A stretch of 64,000 bases of DNA from a virus, in IMG/VR virus record IMGVR_UViG_3300025697_000003; one strand, given 5' to 3'. The notes under the pieces are model-generated. The model was not told where the DNA came from, searched no databases, and saw only the letters and a list, made by a program, of their open reading frames with translations. Position numbers and translations under genes: made by a program. Shown here piece by piece: positions 18,900-28,337 of the stretch. The first letter of the stretch is position 1, and each line of letters begins with the position of its first letter.

Positions 18900-20932
18900 G
18901 TACCGCAGTAGAGATAATCGGGACTTCTAGTGATGGATACATGTACGCTAGAACAGATGCCCATTTCAGCATCGCAAGAGATGCTGAAGATGCGTATTAC
19001 AAGGCTGACGCAGTAGACACATTGCGTGTCGGCTTGTCGTATCCAAATCTCGCAAATGACAAGTACCGATTCTACAGATCGTATCTATACTTTGACACAT
19101 CTAGCATCCCTGATGGCGCAACGATTCTTATCGCAACGCTCTCTCTCTATCTCACTGGGACAGTGACAATCATTCCATCTGGCTTTTCCGTCATTCTTAT
19201 GAAGATGAAAGACAACGATGGAACGTACCCGCATGATCCTCTTGTTGACGGAGACTTTGATCGAGAATTCTATATTGGAGGCGGGGCTTCGTCGCCATCT
19301 GTATCCTCCGGGCAATCAGGATATAAGACGTTCACGTTCACTTCTGCTGGAAGGAGTGGATGGATCAATGATGAAGGGACGTCGAAGTTCGTTGTGATGT
19401 CGTCGCTGGATGTTGGATACACAATTCCGAACATCAACATGCTCGCTTACTTCTACTCGCAAGAGAAGGGCGGGAGTTATCGTCCGAAGATGAACATCAC
19501 GTATTCTACTCCATGCACAGTGACAACTGGGGCAGCAACAAGCCTCTTGCCAGGAGGGGCCACAGGGAATGGTAACGTCACAGATGCCGGAAGCGATACC
19601 GTTACAGTCCGTGGTGTCATCTGGAACGACGATGGTACTGATCCTGTTGACCTGGCGAGCGCAGACAATTCGGCGGCAGCAGTTGCTGGAGGAACAGGTG
19701 CATTCACAGCAGCAATAACTGGATGCGATGCGGAGACCTCGTACTACTACAGGGCGTATGCTACGACTGTGGCCGGGACATCAGTTGGCAGTGCAGTCCA
19801 ATTCACGACGACCGCAGACTCTACCATCTTCTCTGTAACTACTCAGGCAACTGAAGACGCGGCGACTACTACAGCGACAGCAAATGGAACGGTCGTTGAG
19901 GACGCTGCACACGACTTAACAGCGTATGGCTTCGTCTACAAGCTCGGAGGGGATCCTGGTATTCCAGCTGATCCGACAACTGCCGATAACTACACTGATA
20001 AAGGTGCGAAATCATCTCCAGCAGAAGGCGCGTACACCTCAGACCTTACAGGTCTTACCGCTGAGTCTACCTATTTCATTCGTGCCTACGCCACGACTTC
20101 TGAAGACGGCACAGTGTATGGCGACTTAGACATCTTCCGAACTGGCACGACTGCGCAGACTGACATTGATGACGAAACCGGAGACGGAACGCTGTACAAA
20201 TCTACTTTGAAACTTGGTTCGCCATGTACGGCAGGCACAGTTGACGCAACTTCAGCAGATTCAGTAGCTACAGGAGCAGAACTTATTGAATTATCTTCTT
20301 GGGATCACGCGCTTGGTGCTTATTGTGAAAGCTATACGACTCGCGCCTATCTGTATTTCGATACATCTGCGTTGTCTGGAGCTACGGTAACGAGCGTCGA
20401 TCTGAAGCTCTATATGGTCTATGCGTATTATAGCCCAAATTCTGGAGTTTTCGCATGGAATGGGCTTCAAGTCTTACAGGACTCTGATGGCGATTATCCA
20501 TCTGAATCTGGAGGCTCTCCTGCGCTTGCTGTAGGCGACTTCGACAAAACCGAGTACACCCAGATTGCAACGATTGCTGCATCTGCAATGGGAACCGGGA
20601 CGGTAGCAATAATAAATGCGTGGAAAACAGTCTCATTGCCAATCAGCGCGGTAAACACGGAAGGACTAACGAAACTCTGCATCATGGTATACGACGTAGC
20701 TGAGATGGTCGCTTACTCTTCTCAAATCGTGAGCTTCCATTCTGCTGACGGCACGAACGTACCATACCTAGACATTGACTACTCTGCTCCTCAAACCCCG
20801 TCATTCCCAAAAGTGAACAAGGGAGATGCGTGGGTTGATCCAGTAGAGATTCTTGTGAACATCGGTGACGAATGGATACCGTATGACGATCTAGATGTGA
20901 ACATTGGAGACGCTTGGGTCGAGCCGGTTTAA
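18896..20932 (+). CDS. Large tail fibre-associated protein with duplicated end domains and FN3-like repeats
   Basis: ATGA overlap with the upstream gene. YRSYLYFDTSSIPDGATI (N-terminal) is echoed by RAYLYFDTSALSGATV (C-terminal). Two ..(S/T)Y(Y/F).RAYATT... FN3-like units. Confidence 0.6.
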   Translation: MSTAVEIIGTSSDGYMYARTDAHFSIARDAEDAYYKADAVDTLRVGLSYPNLANDKYRFYRSYLYFDTSSIPDGATILIATLSLYLTGTVTIIPSGFSVILMKMKDNDGTYPHDPLVDGDFDREFYIGGGASSPSVSSGQSGYKTFTFTSAGRSGWINDEGTSKFVVMSSLDVGYTIPNINMLAYFYSQEKGGSYRPKMNITYSTPCTVTTGAATSLLPGGATGNGNVTDAGSDTVTVRGVIWNDDGTDPVDLASADNSAAAVAGGTGAFTAAITGCDAETSYYYRAYATTVAGTSVGSAVQFTTTADSTIFSVTTQATEDAATTTATANGTVVEDAAHDLTAYGFVYKLGGDPGIPADPTTADNYTDKGAKSSPAEGAYTSDLTGLTAESTYFIRAYATTSEDGTVYGDLDIFRTGTTAQTDIDDETGDGTLYKSTLKLGSPCTAGTVDATSADSVATGAELIELSSWDHALGAYCESYTTRAYLYFDTSALSGATVTSVDLKLYMVYAYYSPNSGVFAWNGLQVLQDSDGDYPSESGGSPALAVGDFDKTEYTQIATIAASAMGTGTVAIINAWKTVSLPISAVNTEGLTKLCIMVYDVAEMVAYSSQIVSFHSADGTNVPYLDIDYSAPQTPSFPKVNKGDAWVDPVEILVNIGDEWIPYDDLDVNIGDAWVEPV

Positions 20933-20964
20933 TCGGGCGGATAAGGGAGACGGGAGTTGGCGAA

Positions 20965-21420
20965 ATGGATGGTATACCACAGGCGGTAATAGACGGAGCA
21001 GGCAGCATGAGCACAACCACATTGTTGTGGATCATTGCTGGCTTAATGACGGTGATAACAACGCTGGGGGGAGTAATCACCTCGCTGGTCAACAAGCGAG
21101 CAGCAACTGCATTGCAACGTACAAACCCCTTGAACGGTACGCTTGTTAGGCTTGATTCTACCTTGAGAGAGGTCAACACTACGCTCACAAAGGTAGATGT
21201 CAGGGCAGAAGATTCGAACCGTGTTCTTGCAAGACATTCAGAGCAACTGGTTGCAATGGGCGTAGCAACGGCGCAGCTTGCAGCGAATGAAGCGCAGCAG
21301 ACCATCGCAATCTCACAGATTATGCCACAGATAGACACAACGCTAACTGGCTGCGCTAGTAGGCAGGAACAGACTTGCAAAGATCGAACTGGTATGATTC
21401 TGAACGCACTTGAAACGTAA
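20965..21420 (+). CDS. Membrane-anchored coiled-coil protein (i-spanin-like or lysis-associated candidate)
   Basis: Start chosen at MDGIPQ (GGGAG 8 nt upstream). One N-terminal TM (TTLLWIIAGLMTVITTLGGVITSLV), then a helical region with two Cys near the C-terminus. Confidence 0.45.
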   Translation: MDGIPQAVIDGAGSMSTTTLLWIIAGLMTVITTLGGVITSLVNKRAATALQRTNPLNGTLVRLDSTLREVNTTLTKVDVRAEDSNRVLARHSEQLVAMGVATAQLAANEAQQTIAISQIMPQIDTTLTGCASRQEQTCKDRTGMILNALET

Positions 21421-21503
21421 CGAGATATCTGGTATGCTGCATCACCTGTGAGGGCTGCATAGAAACTCATAGACACGAGATACACGAGGAGGTGAATCTC
21501 TTA

Positions 21504-21719
21504 ATGGAAAGAAACGCGCTAATGAAGTTCCTCGCAACGCTTTACGCGCAGGCGGGGGTGCTTTTAGCGATTCTGATTCATTGGATCTTGGATATGGTCA
21601 TTGTCTTCCTGCCGACTGTGGTAGTGGACGCATTATCCAAGATGGTTTTCAAATGGACAGCCAATGAATATCGATTTGCCGAGTTCAAGGCGTTCTGGGA
21701 CAAGAAGAAAACACCCTAG
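21504..21719 (+). CDS. Small membrane protein, holin candidate
   Basis: 71 aa. ATG at 21504 after GAGGAGG. Two hydrophobic segments and a KKK C-terminus. Confidence 0.45.
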   Translation: MERNALMKFLATLYAQAGVLLAILIHWILDMVIVFLPTVVVDALSKMVFKWTANEYRFAEFKAFWDKKKTP

Positions 21720-21753
21720 TAACAACAATCAGCAGAAGAGGAGATTAAACAAG

Positions 21754-22284
21754 ATGAAACGAGCATTAGTTCTAACAGTAGCACTATTGATGGTTTTCAG
21801 CGCAGTGGCAGTTGCCAGCGTGTCTGACACAGGTGCATATCTTGGCATCGCGCAGACATTCGCTGGCATGACAGACTCGTATGTTGGCTATACGTTTGGT
21901 AATGTACTTCAAACTTCAGCATTCACAATTCAGTTTAACGTGGATGATCTGTTCGGTATAAACCCACCTGCGGGAACGCCATTCTTGCTTCAGTCGACGT
22001 ATGGCTTTGGGCTGTTATACGAATATGATGTAGACGCTCTCGAACTGGAGATCTACGCGGATACAGTTCTTACACCAGCCATGACGACTTTTGCTAATTG
22101 GGATGCTGGTGCTCGGGCTGAGTTCCTTGTCCTTCCCAATCCGTGCAAAGAAGCTGGCCCGTGCTACAACCCGGAGCTTAAAATCTTTATTGAGATCGGG
22201 ATTGTGCAGAACTTCTTTGCACGTCCACCGGCAACACGAATGCCTGTTGTTTGGGGCGAGGTAGGATTTGAGGTACACCTGTAG
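21754..22284 (+). CDS. Secreted beta-rich protein with signal peptide
   Basis: Start at MKRALVLTVALLMVFSAVAVASVS (AGAGGAG upstream). Alternating aromatic/hydrophobic pattern, ending ..GFEVHL. Confidence 0.55.
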   Translation: MKRALVLTVALLMVFSAVAVASVSDTGAYLGIAQTFAGMTDSYVGYTFGNVLQTSAFTIQFNVDDLFGINPPAGTPFLLQSTYGFGLLYEYDVDALELEIYADTVLTPAMTTFANWDAGARAEFLVLPNPCKEAGPCYNPELKIFIEIGIVQNFFARPPATRMPVVWGEVGFEVHL

Positions 22285-22385
22285 CCTGTAACGAAACCAA
22301 CACGGTCTGAAAAAGCAACGTAGTGGGTAGGCGTATCAGGTGCGGGCCTACCGCCTGCCCGCTGCTCCTCTAAGGAGGGATGAAC

Positions 22386-23354
22386 ATGAAACTGAAACGA
22401 GCAGTAACTATGATAGTGATCTTTGCGGTGACGCTCCTTACGGGGTGTACGCTGTTTACAGGGACCGATGGGATACTAACCTTAGATGTCCCAGAATCCG
22501 GCTATCCTCCATTTGAAGCAACGCTCACTGCGGGTGGCGTACTCAATGGCACGTACACGTTCGAGGTTGAGGGGAGAACGTACACACAGCCTCAGAACGT
22601 ACTGACAGTCACGATCTACTCTCTGCCATGCGATGTGAAGGTAACGTGGATTGGTAGCGACATTCCACAGGAAGTCACCAAGACGATAGGCCTTGAGAAT
22701 GGCGGACCTTCCATCGGGCGCCCTGTACTCAATGCGATTACAAACCTATGGACAATTCATCCACGGTCTCGATACATTGTGACATTCCCTGATGCTCACG
22801 ATCCACAAGGCGGGGATGTAACGCTGATCAATGCGACTGTCTTCCACACAGGGCAGCAATCTGAGAACACGGTGTTCTGCCCTCCATACACAGGGATGCA
22901 CCCTCCGAAGCCAGATGTCTACCATGTTAAGGACGGGAATGGAACGCTTGAAAATGCCTTCATGTTCTTCTCGATTTGGGACGGAGACATTGATGTCAAT
23001 ATCAACGATTTCGATGAGTGGAAAGACACCACTGACTATGTTTACGGAGATACAGTCCAATATGGCGGAAAGGGATATAAATGTATCTTGGCGCATGAGG
23101 CAAGCGCACTCCCAACTAGAGCAAAGTATTGGGCATTGATCGGGACAGTTATTTCCGGCACAGGGCTCCCATACTCTCCGCCAGATCAAGGAGTACGTGG
23201 CTATCCTGGCGCTGGGACATGTGGCCTTCAATGGACTAAGGAGTTTATTTCTGCTGGAATGACGATCATTACGGCGACATTCGAGGATGAGATGGGAGCA
23301 ACGACTACTGAATCATGGTCGATCCCGACTATGGTGTATCCGGGGTGCTCATGA
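22386..23354 (+). CDS. Lipoprotein with PKD-like region and CBM5/12-like motif
   Basis: AAGGAGG lies 7 nt before ATG 22386. Lipobox LLTGC. WKDTTDYVYGDTVQYGGKGYKCILAHEASALPTRAKYWALIG at nt 23019-23132. Confidence 0.65.
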   Translation: MKLKRAVTMIVIFAVTLLTGCTLFTGTDGILTLDVPESGYPPFEATLTAGGVLNGTYTFEVEGRTYTQPQNVLTVTIYSLPCDVKVTWIGSDIPQEVTKTIGLENGGPSIGRPVLNAITNLWTIHPRSRYIVTFPDAHDPQGGDVTLINATVFHTGQQSENTVFCPPYTGMHPPKPDVYHVKDGNGTLENAFMFFSIWDGDIDVNINDFDEWKDTTDYVYGDTVQYGGKGYKCILAHEASALPTRAKYWALIGTVISGTGLPYSPPDQGVRGYPGAGTCGLQWTKEFISAGMTIITATFEDEMGATTTESWSIPTMVYPGCS

Positions 23355-23911
23355 AACTCTACACGAAGAAGACTGTTGTATTGATCGCGTTGTTCGCCAT
23401 CCTCTTATCAGGGACGGCACTAATCATCGGATGCAATGACGAGAAGCCGCCTGCGCCTCCGCCGGTCGTTGTCAATCAAACTCCCATTGCTTATCCGCCG
23501 TTTGTGGTGGCTACCTCGCAGACTACGCGCTCGCCAGTGACATTGGACGTTCGGTATAGGACGCAGGGTTGTGACGCAAGCGGACATCCGACAAGCGTAA
23601 CCGGGGCGATTGACCGCGACGGCGACTTGTTGGAATACCGATTCACTTGCGAGTGGTCGGTGTTCGAGAAGGACACAGACAGAAAGGTGAACGGCCAGTG
23701 GGTTACGTTCGACACTGAGACGAATCCTAATGGCATTTCAGAGCAAGTGTCTGTGGTCGAGTTGTGGGTTGGATGGACGCAAGACTACCCTCTGATGCCG
23801 ATAAGTCCTGCGGCGTGCAGCCCTGTTACTGGGGCTGTGACATTCACTTACGAGGTTCGTGATGTACATGGAGCGGTTGCCAGCCATACGGTATTGCTTG
23901 GCTCGCCGTGA
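23351..23911 (+). CDS. Lipoprotein (PKD/cadherin-like)
   Basis: ATGA overlap with the upstream gene. Starts MKLYTKKTVVLIALFAILLSGTALIIGC (lipobox). Contains DRDGDLLEYRF. Confidence 0.6.
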   Translation: MKLYTKKTVVLIALFAILLSGTALIIGCNDEKPPAPPPVVVNQTPIAYPPFVVATSQTTRSPVTLDVRYRTQGCDASGHPTSVTGAIDRDGDLLEYRFTCEWSVFEKDTDRKVNGQWVTFDTETNPNGISEQVSVVELWVGWTQDYPLMPISPAACSPVTGAVTFTYEVRDVHGAVASHTVLLGSP

Positions 23912-24093
23912 CAGTCACATAAGGTGCTAATGATCCAAGGCGGCTGTTCTACCGCTATGACGGCCCATCCGGGGGACGGTACATGACCAATACCGGGCGC
24001 ACGTCACTCTCTTCAGACGTGAGGAGTGCAAAGCGTGGCGTGAAAGACAGAGAGCTGGGCACCCAGCCGCCAAGGATCAACAGGAGGATGAAA

Positions 24094-24534
24094 ATGTTCA
24101 GCAACATGAAAGCAGCGATCGTCAAACGCTACAAAGAAATGAAACTGCAACTCACCATTCGATTCAAAGACGGACGTGATGAACTGGCCCTCTATCGGCT
24201 TGAGCGAGATCACGGCATGTCAATCCTGTGGGTGCCATCTAAGAAGCAGTGGGTTAGAGCGCGAGCTCTGTACTGGGGGCAGAAGAATGTCCTTGTGCAG
24301 TTCGTGGATGGAGAAGAGAAGACAGGGTATCGATCCCCGTTGAGCATTCGTCGCAGAGATCCTGTGTGCAGACAGGGAGACAAACCATCTGAGGATGCCA
24401 AGTATTCTGGTAATCGAGGGCATGGTAATCCGGCATGGCTACATGACATGGCTGTCTCTGGATACCGAACATCATTGACAGTCATGCGGCTTGTCTCTGC
24501 AATGAGTCAGTATGAAGGAGGCACCCATGGCTAG
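24094..24534 (+). CDS. Hypothetical early protein
   Basis: AGGAGG at 24082-24087, 6 nt before ATG 24094. The 37 N-terminal codons of the track ORF (from 23983) lack an SD. Confidence 0.5.
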   Translation: MFSNMKAAIVKRYKEMKLQLTIRFKDGRDELALYRLERDHGMSILWVPSKKQWVRARALYWGQKNVLVQFVDGEEKTGYRSPLSIRRRDPVCRQGDKPSEDAKYSGNRGHGNPAWLHDMAVSGYRTSLTVMRLVSAMSQYEGGTHG

Positions 24535-24790
24535 ATTCATGACGCGAGAAGTCGAGGGGCTCTTCAAGAAGCTGGCTGATGCAGCGGGGGACAACATTGC
24601 TGTCAACATGCGTGTCGAGCGGTGGAAACATATAGACTCTCTTCCTGCAGAAGCACAAGTCGCCGTTTCAATCTTGAATAAGAGAAGCCGCTGTGAGCAG
24701 TTCGACCAGGAAGACTACTCATCTCTTGAAGTGATGGTAGTAGAGGTGCTTGCCAAGATCAGAGAATGGAGGGCTAATGAAGAATCTTAG
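24527..24790 (+). CDS. Hypothetical protein
   Basis: GAAGGAGG lies before ATG 24527. 87 aa. Confidence 0.5.
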   Translation: MARFMTREVEGLFKKLADAAGDNIAVNMRVERWKHIDSLPAEAQVAVSILNKRSRCEQFDQEDYSSLEVMVVEVLAKIREWRANEES

Positions 24791-26570
24791 ATTCGTCCCA
24801 GCGGAGATGGCTGGCATCATCAGACGCATTGAAGATAATCCGTTCGTTGGTGACAAGGCCCCAAAGTGGGAAACTAAGGTTGATTCTGTACTATCTGTCG
24901 GCATTTACCCGTCGAGGACACAGGCGAAGAAAGAGTATCGGTGTACAGTCCTGTATGACAACACCGAAGGGCCGCAAGGCCAGTGTTCATGCAGAGGATG
25001 GTCACAGTCGAAGAGGGCTGAAGGCCCGTCGAAGCCATGTATCCACATCGTAGACAATCTGATCAGACAGCCGTGGTTCAAGATTGAGGAGCAACTCGAT
25101 CTTGGCGAACTGGACATTGCGAAGGGGAAGGTTGCTCGGAAGGCGAAGAAGGAAGCTAAGGAGATTGCAATCGTCGAGCCAGAGGTCAAGGTCAAGCGCA
25201 AGAAAGGTAGCGATGCTGTTGCCGTGATTGCCGAAGACGAGATGCACTTTGGAGCAAGCAGCACGCCACTCCTCGTTGCATGTCCAGCAAGCTACGTCAG
25301 CCCTTCTGAGGCGACAACGATTGTCAGATCGTTCGGGCAGCCGGCGAGCCTTGGGACGGTCATTCACACTGCTGCAGAGTTGATCGTTGGAGATCGATTG
25401 ACAGAGCCTCCTGATATGAGCAAGCAACTTGAAGACGCAGGAGTAATCGATCCTGCTCTGCTTGCCGACGTGCCTGGACTTCTATGGGCTGTCATCAACG
25501 AGTGGAACGGTGGCAACTACGACGACCGTGAACCACTGAAGTCGTACTTCAGCACTGTTGACCTTGAACAGCGTTTCTCGATTGAGATGCACCCGAAGAA
25601 CCCGAGGACGGACGAGCGGAAGAAGATCACCGTAACTGCGATCCTCGACTTCAATGGGCAAACGAATATCGAAGGTCATTGGCTGATCGGTGATTGGAAG
25701 TCGAATCGCAAAGAAGACGAGCCGTACTACGCCGAACAGATGCGGATGAACGCCGCTGCACTTATGATGAATGACAAGTCCGTGAACAAGGTGACTGTCA
25801 TCCTCGTGTGGCTGAGACATGGATCCAGGACAGTGCGAACGTATACGCGAGAACAGATAAGAGACTGGATGAAGGTACTCGTTAAGCGAACGCTGTTCTG
25901 GGATGGTCGAACCTACGTCACTGGCGATCACTGCCTGTACTGTCCTCGGACGTTCACATGCGAAGGTCGAAAGACGCAACTGAGAAACTACGTTGACATC
26001 ATGGGCAACATCGATACTGACATGCTGCTACATGACGACACAGGGACGTTGCTTGCACCTGACGAGCTACAACGGCGCCTGACGGTCTGCAAGGCGTTCA
26101 GGAAGATCGACAAGGGATACGTGGATGCTCTCAAGGTATTGCTGTCAGAGGGTGGAGCAAGGCCGTTGGCTGATCAACCTGGATTCGAACTCGCACTCAA
26201 AGAGAAGAGAGGGGCGTTGAAGATTGATGCTGCTGCTGGATGGCCGACGTTCATGGAGTACGTCACGGCAGAGCAAATATCTCCTGCGCTGTCGATCAGC
26301 AAGACGAAACTTGAAGCTGCTGTGAAGGGAGCGACGAAGGATTGTGAAGCGTGTGGTGGGACAGGGAACGGGAACAGTTTGGCAGATCCTAACTCTGATG
26401 TAGCGTGCGAAGCCTGCAACGGAACCGGAGAGGTTGAAGTCTACGGTCGAGGGAAGAAGGGTGCGGCTGTCAAGGAATTGATGGGCAAGCTAGAGGATCG
26501 TGAAGTAGCGAAGCGTGGGAAATCATCTCACGAAGTTGTGGTACAGAAGATCAAGGAGTTGAAGTCATGA
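24777..26570 (+). CDS. SWIM zinc finger / PD-(D/E)XK (Cas4/RecB-like) exonuclease with C-terminal CxxCxGxG zinc fingers
   Basis: SWIM pattern CSCRGW...CIH. Nuclease core D...IGDWKS. Cas4-like Cys cluster DHCLYCPRTFTC. C-terminal CEACGGTG and CEACNGTG. Upstream of recT. Confidence 0.75.
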   Translation: MKNLRFVPAEMAGIIRRIEDNPFVGDKAPKWETKVDSVLSVGIYPSRTQAKKEYRCTVLYDNTEGPQGQCSCRGWSQSKRAEGPSKPCIHIVDNLIRQPWFKIEEQLDLGELDIAKGKVARKAKKEAKEIAIVEPEVKVKRKKGSDAVAVIAEDEMHFGASSTPLLVACPASYVSPSEATTIVRSFGQPASLGTVIHTAAELIVGDRLTEPPDMSKQLEDAGVIDPALLADVPGLLWAVINEWNGGNYDDREPLKSYFSTVDLEQRFSIEMHPKNPRTDERKKITVTAILDFNGQTNIEGHWLIGDWKSNRKEDEPYYAEQMRMNAAALMMNDKSVNKVTVILVWLRHGSRTVRTYTREQIRDWMKVLVKRTLFWDGRTYVTGDHCLYCPRTFTCEGRKTQLRNYVDIMGNIDTDMLLHDDTGTLLAPDELQRRLTVCKAFRKIDKGYVDALKVLLSEGGARPLADQPGFELALKEKRGALKIDAAAGWPTFMEYVTAEQISPALSISKTKLEAAVKGATKDCEACGGTGNGNSLADPNSDVACEACNGTGEVEVYGRGKKGAAVKELMGKLEDREVAKRGKSSHEVVVQKIKELKS

Positions 26571-26800
26571 AAGTTACTGAGCTAGTAGGACAGCGATGCT
26601 TGCTGCTGGTATCCGGGTTGAGATATTCGAGACAGAATGATGTTCAAGAATATCGTGTTCTTGAAGCATCTCCATCTGGTAATTGGATTAGACTGATGAA
26701 TGCCTTTGGGAATAAGTTCTGGAAGCCGGTTGGAGAGGTATCTGTCGCGGAAGTGTTGCAGGAACTTATTCCGTGTAAGCGTGAGGAGGAAGCAAAATGA
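26567..26800 (+). CDS. Hypothetical protein
   Basis: 77-aa ORF with an ATGA overlap. Confidence 0.5.
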   Translation: MKVTELVGQRCLLLVSGLRYSRQNDVQEYRVLEASPSGNWIRLMNAFGNKFWKPVGEVSVAEVLQELIPCKREEEAK

Positions 26801-26997
26801 ACTACGAAATTGAGAAAGGCATCGAAATCCCAGCAACAACGAAGAAGTATCCGTGGAACGACATGGAGGTCGGAGATTCATTCTTCATCCCTGACGGAGA
26901 GAAGCAAGGTGCTTCTGCGTCACATCGGACTCGGTACGGCGAGGCGCACGTAACACGGAAGGTTGAAGGCGGCATTCGAATCTGGCGGACGAAGTAG
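26797..26997 (+). CDS. Hypothetical protein
   Basis: 66-aa ORF with an ATGA overlap. Confidence 0.5.
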   Translation: MNYEIEKGIEIPATTKKYPWNDMEVGDSFFIPDGEKQGASASHRTRYGEAHVTRKVEGGIRIWRTK

Positions 26998-27007
26998 GAG
27001 GCTGAGT

Positions 27008-27769
27008 ATGACTGAGAAGCAGACCGGAACTGATGTTGTTGAAGCTCCAAAGGCATCGTTGCTGATGAAGTTCGGGGCAAAGTATTCCGTTGACCCGATT
27101 AAGATCTACGAGACGCTGTGCAAGACGGTGTTCAAGGAGGCAAAAACAGAAGAGCAGGTTATGGCTCTCCTCGTTGTGGCCGACCAGTACAATCTCAATC
27201 CGTTTACGAAAGAGATATTCGCATTCCCTGACAAACACGGTGGAGTTGTGCCAGTTGTCGGAATCGATGGCTGGAACCGGATCGCTCAAGAGCATCCTCA
27301 ATTTGATGGCGTTGAACTACGATATTCTGACACCATGGTCAAGCCATCTGAGAAAGCGAAGGAATGTCCAGAGTGGGTTGAAGCTGTCGTCTACCGCAAG
27401 GACCGTGAGCATCCTGTAACGATACGTGAATTCATCGATGAATGTTTCCGTCCGACTGGTCCGTGGGAGAGCCACACGAAGCGTATGCTGCGTCACAAGG
27501 CACTGATCCAGGGATATCGAACAGCCTTCGGATTTCACGGTATATATGACCAAGATGAGGCGGAACGGTTCATCGACGTTGATTCAACGATCGTTGGTCC
27601 ACCAGAAGAAGGACGTCAAACGAAGCACGGCGCTGAATCGATTGAGAAGTCGTTGTCGGGGAAAGTGGAGCAAGAGGGCGCATCTACCGGCAAAAAGGAA
27701 GCAAAGACCATTGAGCTTGATCCTGGGCCTGATGTGAAGCCAGAGGACGACGACGGGATTGACCTCTAA
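27008..27769 (+). CDS. recT: RecT-family single-strand annealing protein
   Basis: AGGAGG lies before ATG 27008. Contains LNPFTKEIFAFPDKHGGVVPVVGIDGW and a RMLRHKALIQ motif. Confidence 0.85.
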   Translation: MTEKQTGTDVVEAPKASLLMKFGAKYSVDPIKIYETLCKTVFKEAKTEEQVMALLVVADQYNLNPFTKEIFAFPDKHGGVVPVVGIDGWNRIAQEHPQFDGVELRYSDTMVKPSEKAKECPEWVEAVVYRKDREHPVTIREFIDECFRPTGPWESHTKRMLRHKALIQGYRTAFGFHGIYDQDEAERFIDVDSTIVGPPEEGRQTKHGAESIEKSLSGKVEQEGASTGKKEAKTIELDPGPDVKPEDDDGIDL

Positions 27770-28128
27770 TGCACCACTCCTCGATTGACAACGAGGAGAC
27801 AGTTACCGCAAGGCTCTATGCGATTATGTCAGCGCCAGGAGCTCTCGGGGAGTGGCACGATCCGTTGTCACTCCTCGCGGCTCTGGACAGAAAGTACGGA
27901 ATCAAGGTGACTGCGATCTCCACGTACATGTCGTCTATCCGTGGACAGTTGCGAGATGTATTCCCAGACTGGTGCCAGGAACTCCAGGGGCCTAGAGACT
28001 GTCAACCGACCGCTGATGAGCGAAAGGTGCTAGGCAAAGGGAACTTCTACCGTGTCAGAAAGATAACCAAGGTTGTTGAACAAGTGCCGATGTCGTTTAT
28101 GAATGGCATTCCATGGAGGGACACATGA
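27769..28128 (+). CDS. Hypothetical protein
   Basis: 119-aa ORF with a TAATG overlap. Confidence 0.5.
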   Translation: MHHSSIDNEETVTARLYAIMSAPGALGEWHDPLSLLAALDRKYGIKVTAISTYMSSIRGQLRDVFPDWCQELQGPRDCQPTADERKVLGKGNFYRVRKITKVVEQVPMSFMNGIPWRDT

Positions 28129-28337
28129 GCGATGCAGAATTGAATGGGGGTGTGACGACCGAAGCTGATCGACTAATCAGCGCGTTTGTTGAAGGTGCAA
28201 AGTGGTGGGAGTTCCACGAGAAGAAGGCGACAATGTGGCAGACAGATCAGCACCTTGCAGAGACAACAGCGGAGTGTCGGCTTGCTGCTGGCATCCTTGG
28301 TCTAGATTGCGACTCGCAACGAAAAGGACAACGATGA
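28113..28337 (+). CDS. Hypothetical protein
   Basis: 74-aa ORF. Confidence 0.45.
   Translation: MEGHMSDAELNGGVTTEADRLISAFVEGAKWWEFHEKKATMWQTDQHLAETTAECRLAAGILGLDCDSQRKGQR

Noticed and set aside
21200-21220. tRNA genes. I looked for T-loop-like GTTCGAA/GATTCGAAC strings at about 21208, about 26184 and about 1400.
   Set aside because: All lie inside well-supported CDSs and lack flanking acceptor or anticodon stem complementarity. I saw no tRNA, but a covariance-model scan was not possible.
20682-21485. 267-aa minus-strand ORF.
   Set aside because: It is antisense to the fibre and membrane-protein genes within an otherwise uniformly plus-strand, translationally coupled module. It has no SD.
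22326-22352. Terminator after gene 21754..22284 (GGTAGGC-13 nt-GCCTACC).
   Set aside because: The stem is only 7 bp with a large loop and no U tract. It is too weak to call.
23983-24093. The 37-codon N-terminal extension of track ORF 23983..24534.
   Set aside because: The extension is Arg/Ser-rich with no SD. A perfect AGGAGG precedes the internal ATG at 24094.
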